Assembly (NCBI RefSeq): GCF_009914755.1
Contig: NC_060935.1
DNA length: 64,000 nt
Origin: the human T2T-CHM13v2.0 reference genome, Homo sapiens
Reading direction: 5' to 3' (one strand)
This document shows positions 54,691 to 64,000 of the stretch, piece by piece (the first letter of the stretch is position 1; every line of letters begins with the position of its first letter). The translations under genes were made by a program, and so were the position numbers. The notes under the pieces are model-generated. The model had not been told where the DNA came from. It saw only the letters and a list, made by a program, of their open reading frames with translations, and did not search any database.

Positions 54691-55854
54691 TCTCTCCACA
54701 TTTTCTCAAGTGTCATCCAGCTTTACATAGTTATGAATCTAGATGATTTATTAAAAACTGGATCTACTTCTCTAATCCAATATAGATGCCTACCAAAGTT
54801 TCTACTGCATTATTTCTCCTGAGAGCTAAACTTTTCTTTTAGATGTCAACTTTTAGTTATAAATTATTTAGAAGTTTAGTAGGTGTGTTTTAATGCTTCT
54901 GGGTGTTAAATATTCAGTCATCATTGGCTAGTGGTGAAAGTTTATGCGAGGAAAGGAAAAGCTAAGTGATGTGCATATATCATTTATACTTTAACAACAG
55001 CACCTGCTCCAGTCAAATAGTCATCCACCAATGATATACGAGGGAAGTGTTTATGCATTGGGGCAACAATATGGAAATCAACATCTGTGGTTAAAAAAAT
55101 TGTATGTGTCACTGCTTATAGCTGTGAAATGAATGGGCAACCATAATGGGATGGTGTAATGAATTTGTGACAAGGACCAGAGGAAGGAAATGATCATCTT
55201 AATCAGATTGCTATTGATGCCTTTTTTTGTGACAGCAAAAAATAAATATCTATTAATTACACTAAAATGAAAAGTGTTTGGATACAGCACTAAGGAAATA
55301 GATAGTTCCAGTTAAATTGTTATATATGTCAATGATCAGAGATAAAATGAGTAAGTGCCAGGAAGTCTCTGCTGAACTATTTATGTAACAGCACTATCAA
55401 ATAAGTGAGATGGTTCAATGATTTCTGTGAAATTATACAATACAGTTGTATTGCTTTAGAATAATTAGAACTCTTGCAGGTGATTCAGATATTGATCATG
55501 GGACAATTTCTCATTTATCACAAGAAACTTTAGTAAAAGGTACACCTCAGGATTCACTCCATTCATTTCTGCTGTTTATCCTAAAAACTGGGCAACATGG
55601 AATCATAGACCAGTGTGGGAGCTTAGAGTTAGGTGGAATTATGCTTGAAAAATTTACTTCTGCTCATTAGTCAAAAAGGTAAATTAATAAATTCATTCAT
55701 TCATTCATTGTGAAATTTCAGAACACTATATTAAAGACAATATTGAAGACTCCAGGAATGAAAATAGGACATCAAGAAGGAAATAAAACTAGATTCAGGC
55801 CTTATTAATCCTTATTAATAATTTGGCCATTTATATTCAACTGTAAATGTTACA

Positions 55855-56860
55855 TCTTCTGTTGTATATCTAATAGGAATTTCAAGTTCAGTCTATAAAA
55901 ACTTTAATGCTATATCTTCCCCACCTCCAAACTTGCTCTGCTTACAGCCTCCTTCACTTTAACCAATGTCCACTCATTCTTTCTGTTACTCACAATGGAA
56001 ACCTTGAAGACATTCTTGATTTCTCTCTTTCTTTTACATGCCATAGCCAAGGTATTAGGAAATATTTTGACTTTACCTTCAGAATATATTGAGAATCCTA
56101 ACACTTCTCACCACTTCCATCACTACCACCCTGGTCTGACCCACACCATTTCCAACCATTATACAATGGCTTTTGGCCTACTCTGTTGCTTTTACTATTG
56201 GCTCCTGTGAAGTATTATCCACATAGCAGCCAAAGTAATTCTTTGAAATCATGATAAAAGATGTCAATTTTCTGCTCAACTTCTTGTAATGAATTTACCC
56301 ATTTCACTCAAAATAAAGGTCAGAGTCATTAAAATGACCAACAAAAACCCAGATGATCTGGCCCTCCATTCCCTCTCTGGCTTTACCTGCTACACTATAC
56401 TTAATACACTCCTTCTCATCTACTCTACTCCAGCCTCAATGTCCTCCCTGCTTTTCCTAAAATGCATAAGGCACATTTTGTTGGACTTTTAGATTAGTTG
56501 TTCTCTCTGCTTGAGATTCTGTTTCTGTAAAAATCCACATAGGTAATTCCTTCACCTCTTTTAAGATTTTGCTCAATTGTCATATTCTCTGTGATTCTTA
56601 TTCTATCATTTTTTAAATTGCAACTCACTCCCACTCCAATCCTGATCACCCTTAACTCCATAGCATTTATCTTCTAACACATTTATATTATTTATTTAAT
56701 TATTACTTTTATTGTCTATAGCACCATGATCCTACCTTATGAGGATGTGAATTATAAAATTCAGGTATCTTTATTGATTTTGCTCATGGTTGTATTTCAA
56801 ATGCCTATAAAAGTATCAAGAAATATTGAAGAACTCAAAAAATAAGTATCAAGTAAGTAA
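55855..56860 (+). mobile_element. L2a fragment
   Basis: 'aaaccttgaagacattcttgatttctctctttc', 'taccttcagaatatattgagaatcc', 'ccacatagcagccaaagtaattcttt'. Confidence 0.8.
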
Positions 56861-59800
56861 CAAAGCTCTAAATAAGTGCCCAAAAAATAAACAACAAAAT
56901 GAATATAGAATTCAAGGTTTATTCACAAAGAAACATGCATCAGACTAGCTGACTAGCCCCAATGAATGTTAGAAAACAGGTCAGTAAGGTCATTCATTTC
57001 TGAGGAAATATGAACCTTGAATTCCATATCAAAACTATTTGTCTATCAACAAAAACTGAAGTAAAATAAAGCCCCATATGCTTAATGTGAATTCCCAAAA
57101 TGTTAACATTGTACTGTGTTTATTACTGTCTCTCACATGCTCCCTCTCCACGTCCCTCCCCCTCACCCCCTCCCTCCAGCCACACACACAAGTAAATATA
57201 TAAATAATCCAACTACTAGATAAAATAAGGAATACATGGAGCTTTAAGTATGATGAAGATTAATTCTCAGTAACTAAAATCTACATGTCTTCATGAGAAT
57301 AGTTGTTAGTATTTATTAGTAGTCATATAATTGCATAACAACTGCATAATTATCCTGTAGTTGTATAATTGTAGTCATATAATTATACACTTATATTTGT
57401 GTAGTTGTATAATAACATGAACATAAGTCTATATCCAATCTGAAGATAGAAGTAATGCAAGATAACGATCACTAACATAGTTATCCAATCAGTATTACAT
57501 AGTAACTAGGCCTTTAGTATAATTTAAGAGCATTGCTGTTTTTGCTGGGGAACCCACTAGAATAGCATTCCAGAACCTCTTCTGAACATATACAAGCTGG
57601 AATGGCATTTTCAGCTTCATCTTTAACATGTGTCAGTCACTAAATGAGCAAAGCACACATTATATGTTGATAAAATTTAATGTTCAAATCCTCTGTTTTC
57701 TTCTATCTCCATTTATAATAGGAGTATTACGTTGATCATACAATTTTCTTAAATAATTGTGTGCAAGTGTATTCCACTTATCTGGGATACAATATAAGGG
57801 TAGCCTTTTTGCTATCAGTAACATCAGAAAACTATTAGAAGGGGAGATAGTAAAGAAAAATAAATAAAGTTATTTGTATTTTTTATAATACTATGTGGTT
57901 AAATGGTAACTCTACTGCTGCTGCATTTGCCTACCTCCCCCTGGGCATGGGGTCAGTGGACTTAGCAGGTAAACTCAAAGCGGGATTCATTCATAGACCA
58001 TAGGAATATACTTTAGGTCTTTATTCAATTGTCATCTTCTCAGTGAGTCCTTCCTGGCCATTCTATCCAAAATTACAAGTCCTAAACCCTGATACTTCCT
58101 GTGGCCCCTTCTTCCCTCATTTTTTCCTTAGTATTCATCACTATGTGTTTCATTTATTCAATTTTCTTGTTATTAGTAATTGAATAAAAAAAATTATTCA
58201 ATTTTCTTGTTGCTAGTCTACAGGCAACAGAGGAGCTTTCCAAATTTTCCAGGGGAATGAAATATTTCCCTACCCATACCCAGAGGACTTATTCAAGAGA
58301 CAAGGGATAGCTCAGGAATCTTTTCTGTCTCTTGAAAAGTCTGATTTTCTGACTTCAACAAAGAGACTGAAGGCTTAGCTTGCTATCCTGAGCATGAGCA
58401 TTAATATATAGACTAGCTCATCATTTTCCTAAATCACAGGAGTATATATTATATTAGATACTTCTGTTGATCCTTCTATTTCAATGTCTCAGCAACTCAG
58501 AGCCACATTTTACAATCATTGCTTTGGTCCCCTTCCAAATTCAATTATCTTGACAACATTCATCATTCTCTGCAACTTGCCACCCTGAAGAAACTTAAGA
58601 CCTTATTTATATCAGCTCTCTGATCTCAGATGAAAACCACTATATTATTGCCAATGTACTCCCTGTCATTCCATCCTAGAAATGTAGACTGGTTGCATAC
58701 TCATTATCTATTATATCTGTGTAGCACATTTTGCTTTCAAAGTACTTTCTCACTGTCTCACTGAACCACGTGAGATAGCTAAGACAAATGCTACTACGCC
58801 ATTTCACAAACAAACGAACTGAGGCCTGGTCTTCTCAATTTGTTACCAAGGTAAAGGCATAACCTCTGTTAGTGTTTTCACTGCTTCATCATTTGGTTCT
58901 GATGTCAGCATATTTATACCTTTTTGTTGTGGTCACCCTTGTAAAAAGCATTGAGATCATTATTATTTTAAAGTTGCAATATGCTTACATTCTTGACTTC
59001 TTCGGTAAATAGTTCTCAAATGACAGATTTTTTTTTTAATTAAAGATTTTTTTTACCTTTTAAAAATTTAGAAGATTCAAAGATTTGCTTCAAAGTCAAA
59101 ACAAAACTTCTGACCTTTCTACCTGGCCAGCCATGTCTCATGAATATGAATTAGAATCACAGCTTCAGAGTGTAGAAGTTGGAGTCTGAGGTGGTTGTGT
59201 TAGGGAGGCTGGAGGTGCCAGTAGGGATGAGAAGAAAGAAACAAAAATTCCTAGTGAAAATATTCAGTGGAGATAAGTCTTCCACTAAAAACAGGCAATC
59301 TCCAGCAAGGTTACTAAGGTCAAATAGGGAAAGAAATAAGGAAGTGCTAACAAGTGAAAATATCAGAAAGTCAACCATAGAATAATTACCAAATTCAAGA
59401 ATATGCAGCTGCAGCATCATTTTGCACAATATTTATGGCCTCATGAAGGGCTTAAGTATAGGGTCTGGTAACCAAAGTCAAGGAGTGACAGATTCAGACT
59501 TGGGAATCTTTTGACTAGGGGACAAATTCTAGGACTAATTTTTAGGGGCACAGGTTTGCCAATGACAGTAGAGGATATTTCAAAATTCTAAATCAACTCA
59601 ATGAAATATAATCATTTGATGGGGAGAGCAATTTACATCTAAGGATTTTTTTTAAAGAGTGTAGCCACTATAAGTATTAAAAAATCTTTTTCTTCACTAC
59701 ATGTTGAAAATAAACTATGCTTTATGAATATTGTAGGTTTGACAAATCCTGTTGGGGATTATTATTTTCATTACTTTATTTCTAGATGTTTTATCATGCT

Positions 59801-61999
59801 CATTTGGGATCATGTGTAACTTTTTCAGATATATCATAGGTAATGTAAATTTGCCATTAGATTGGAAACTAATGATATTTACATATTAATCAACTACTAC
59901 TTTAATGCTGAGAAACAGTTACCTACGATAGCAGATGCAATTCAAGAAACAGTGTGTATGATCATCATTTTAGCCTACTATAATGTTATAATTTTAGCCT
60001 ATATATATCTGTATGTATTTATATGTGTATATATCATGTGTGCATATATATATTAAATACATATATAAATATAAAATAACTGTCTTATAAGATGAATGCC
60101 CTCCTTGTAGGCTTAAAATCTAATTGTTCTATGAGAATTGTATGTTGACCTATATAACAAAGTAGGCTCTTTCTGAGTTGAGAGTGCTGAGAACAAGTAT
60201 CAAACTGAAATGAAGAAAGAGGCAGGGATCAGAGGCCTGAAAAAATGCAGTGACACTACCAAAAGCAGAATCAATGATGGAGACAAAGGTCACTTATCTG
60301 TCAAATATCCAAAGACACCATGTTTATATCACAATGAGAATGCAAGCTGGAGTCCAGGAACAAATCCAAAATCAAATCTGGAGATAGTGGGCCAGGAATC
60401 AGAGCAAGGAACTAGATTACCTTTGCAGTAGTCCAGATGAATTTGCATATTTCCTTGTAGTGGGACTTCATTCCTGAAGCAACTAAGAACCTCTTTTATT
60501 TCGGGAAGAATGCTAGACAGCATGGAGAATTTATGTCGACATTTGTTTAAAAGAAAATAAAAAGAAGAAGAAAGAAAGGAACATTGTCCTTACTCTAAAA
60601 GACCTCAAACTCTGGTGTAAGGCAGAGATTTCATGCTAACAAATAAATTACAATGAAATGTTAAATGGCTAAACAGAAATTTTTACAGGGGCCCAGCCCA
60701 AAGGAGGGAGTGATTGTGTCCACATGGGTGAAGAGGAATAAGAAAACTACCATACAGCAAGGAGTATGGTTCAGCATACGTTTGACGGTTTTAAAGGCAC
60801 AAAATTCTAAAGTCAAGTATCATAAATGCGTTTCTTTTTAAAGTCCCTATCACTCTACATACCCAGATAACTAAGGTGTACCAAATAATTAACTATATAT
60901 CAGTTTTATTTACCCCTTTGTCAAACATTTACTGTCTATTTGCTATGTCACCCACTGCTCTAGGTTAATGTACAATTAATACAACATATATGCTTATTCT
61001 TTTAGCATATTATCATAGTAGTATGCCTGCCTCAAAATTTGCAGTTCATAAATCCACTGTTTTTTAATAAAAGAAGTTAATCCTTTTAAAAGTTATTCAT
61101 GTACTTGTCTTGGGATAACACAGTATAAATTTACTACCCAATTTTTTAGTGGGAAAGGCTCTCATGTTTTTCTTGCAAGAAGATTATTATTCACCTAATA
61201 TTTTCCTCATAATTGTATGTAGCTTCTGCTACATTCACATTTCTCTTTGAGGTTCTTGAAGATACAAAGATGAACAGATCATGGAGCATATAATTTAGTA
61301 AAAAAGAAACATAAACTGCTAACTATAATTCAATGTGAGAAGAGCAATAATCAAAGGCACAAATAGTGAACCTAATGAACTTTAAGTTTCAGAAGCTCTC
61401 CCTTAGACAAGCTCTCTCCAAGCCCTATAAGGAGCCCTAAAATGTCTTCAAATGGTCATATTTTTTGTAAGATTTGAAAAAAATATATATTTTAACTACA
61501 AATGTTTAAGATTATTGTGTATTTTTATTCTGACTTCTCCTCCATTATATTTTCCTTGTACAGGGTGTCATTGGAGTGGTCAAAGACATTTTGGAGACCT
61601 AGCAAAGGGTGAGTTGGGAATACATTTAGTTTAATCTTAGTAGGATTTATTTACGAAATCCATAGCTACTTCTATCAACAGTAAGGTTGTTAGCATTCTC
61701 AGTATAAAAATTGTTTCCAGGTACACTCCCATCACCCACTGTGGGAAAGCCAGGGATGGCCTTATGACATGAACATGTGCTATGATGCCTGGAGCAGGAA
61801 GTGTGTGGAAAGTGCAGAAAAAATAAGGTCTCACTATGGAATTAAAAGCTAGTCTGTGGAATATTCTTCCAATCTTCAAACATGTAATATTGTAAGCAGA
61901 ATATTGTTTTCATTAACATCTAGTCAAAATGGAAACTCTCATCTGTGGGAATTATACTTAATAATGTAGCACATCGTTATATATATCCCATATATTTTT

Positions 62000-62582
62000 C
62001 TTTTTATGGGAATCAAATGAAAATAAACTCTATCAGATTTGCTGTGTTAGTATAGCACAGATCTGTCACAATTACAATAAACTGTAAGTATGTCTCTAAT
62101 AATGCATACGTGAAAAACTTGATACAGATTTTTTTCAAATTTGATCATCTTAAAACACCCTAAAATTTCACTGATATCAAATAATAAATAACAATTGGTG
62201 AGGCTTAAAGAAGCTTTTTAAAACTATGAATAATAAAAAATAAATTTTGATCCACTATGCCAGAGGAAAGATCTAATTATCCTTCTGTTCTCTCTATAGA
62301 AAATATTACAAATTTTTGGACTGATTAAGAGGCCATTAATAAGTATACAGCCAGAAAATCGAGGAAAATACTACAAAAATATATTAGGCCATAATTAGTT
62401 ACAATATCATACAATATTTTATGATTTTGTGATATTTGCAGTAACTTTTTACTTTTTAAAATGTGTAACTTATTAAATTTATTTTTGAACTCTAAATAAA
62501 TATTCACTTTTTAACCTAATTTTGTATTGGTAATTTTATATTCTTTACATTAAAAAGACAATTATAAAACCTGGATCTGCTA
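62000..62582 (+). mobile_element. hAT (Tip100-type) transposon remnant with C-terminal dimerisation-domain sequence
   Basis: 62200-62310 translates to EA*RSFLKL*IIKNKF*STMPEERSNYPSVLSIENIT, matching the hAT dimerisation motif (ERSFS.L..IK...RSTM.EERL..L.+LSIE). The end 'aaaacctggatctgc' is TIR-like. Confidence 0.75.
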
Positions 62583-62964
62583 TAATAGTTATTTCTTTTG
62601 TCCACCTGTGCGCTTATATAAGATAACAAAATAGCAAGAGCAAAAAGCCCATTAATGAAGGAGTTTCCTCAGGCCAAGGCAAAGGAAAACATGCCAAAGA
62701 GAGGCAATGAATAAAAGGCATAAACTGAAATATGAGCTTATAATTAAGCTGGGGAAAGGAACCCAACTGTGCATCTAACCCAAGGAAACATTCACAACTG
62801 GATAGAGTAACTAAAGTTTTGCACTCTGTGATATCAGAGTAGGGACCACTGAATCAACGGCGTAAGATAGAAAGGGATCTTTTGTGAATGCACAGAGCAG
62901 ATTTTATGGCCCATCATTACATCATGTAAGAGAGGGACAGATTTGTTTTAATAGTTAGGAATGG

Positions 62965-63244
<280 letters not shown>

Positions 63245-63960
63245 TCATGGTGATATATGTTCTTATAAGTGAATTTGCACAAGTGAAGTCAGTGTTTAAT
63301 ACTTACCTAATAAATATAAACATTGTAAATATCTACATATTTTATGTATTTATATATACAGAATTGTAGGGAATTGAAAGCATGAGGAAAGGCTGTGGGG
63401 AAAGGAAAAAAATACACTGGCAAAAAGAGCAAAACATATGTATTTTAAAGGTATAAGCAAGTACCAAGAAGGGTTTGAATAACTTGGATATCTACTGAAT
63501 CTATCCTTCTAGCAATTAAAACTAATTAAACCAGTGTTTCTAAAAGTAAGACTGCTGGACCTAATCTCAGGAGTCTATTAAGTTCTCAAATTTTTTAAAA
63601 AATTCTAAACCTATTGTTAAAATCCCTGAAAAATAGTCTACAAATTCTCTTATATTACATATTTATTATCATATGCTCATAATTACTTCCTATCTCTGAG
63701 GATGTATTTAGTTTCTCTTGTTCTGAATGAATTTATATTTGCTCTAATGCATAGCATATACATGATTTCTACACATTTTCTACACAAGGATCTGAGAGAA
63801 GTGATACCATCTGCATAGATGTGGAAGTAAAAATTAAATGGACAGGTTGACCCAAAAATTCTACTCCCAGGTATTTATCCTAAGGAAAAATCACATACAT
63901 AGCAAAACAAAATTTTTATATAAGGCAAGTTATGATGGTACTACTCATAAAGTGAAATAC

Positions 63961-64000
63961 TGAAGCAGGATATTTCCCTGACCCCTTTGTGGGTGGAAAC
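63961..64000 (+). mobile_element. Start of an ERV1 LTR (MER52/LTR27-28-like), cut by the window edge
   Basis: 'tgaagcaggatatttccctgacccctt' resembles MER52-family LTR 5' termini. Confidence 0.55.

Noticed and set aside
54900-55330. Repeat-free stretch with homeodomain-like (TTTATG) and E-box motifs, a possible enhancer; similar stretches at 33370-33700 and 8620-8700
   Set aside because: Short motifs alone are not evidence. Conservation or chromatin data would be needed.
57320-57415. Short degenerate repeats (gtagtcatataatt/gtagttgtataat); similar at 32014-32066, 51400-51450 and 22680-22735
   Set aside because: Ordinary low-complexity slippage products with no evidence of function.
59788-59846. 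Possible small exon ending atatatcatag|gtaatg after pyrimidine-rich acceptors
   Set aside because: Such motifs are frequent by chance in AT-rich DNA, and there is no coding or transcript support.

Overview
AT-rich, CpG-depleted primate (human-like) non-coding DNA, intronic or intergenic. I found no supportable protein-coding exon, RNA gene or CpG island, and I cannot identify a host gene. The window is dominated by interspersed repeats. These are Alus and free Alu monomers, several L1s (a near-full-length L1MA with a monomeric 5' UTR, a twin-primed L1PA, a 5'-truncated L1PA7-like copy and old L1M fragments), many L2/MIR relics, solo LTRs (MST, MLT1, LTR16, MER4, MER34, MER52-like) and DNA-transposon fossils (Tigger2, MER63, MER5, MER103, MADE1, a hAT-Tip100-type transposase remnant). 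The most notable item is a ~570-bp non-repeat insertion at 52229-52794. It splits an old L1M, is flanked by a 9-bp direct repeat, and carries a decayed minus-strand reading frame of about 165 codons. By eye, that frame resembles the C-terminal lobe of Mononegavirales nucleoproteins, so it is an unverified candidate endogenous non-retroviral viral element. Also notable is a 69-bp templated insertion inside a MER4 LTR, copied from unique DNA 3.9 kb away. Repeat subfamily names and viral comparisons rely on recalled consensus and protein sequences, not database searches. Boundaries of old repeats are approximate.
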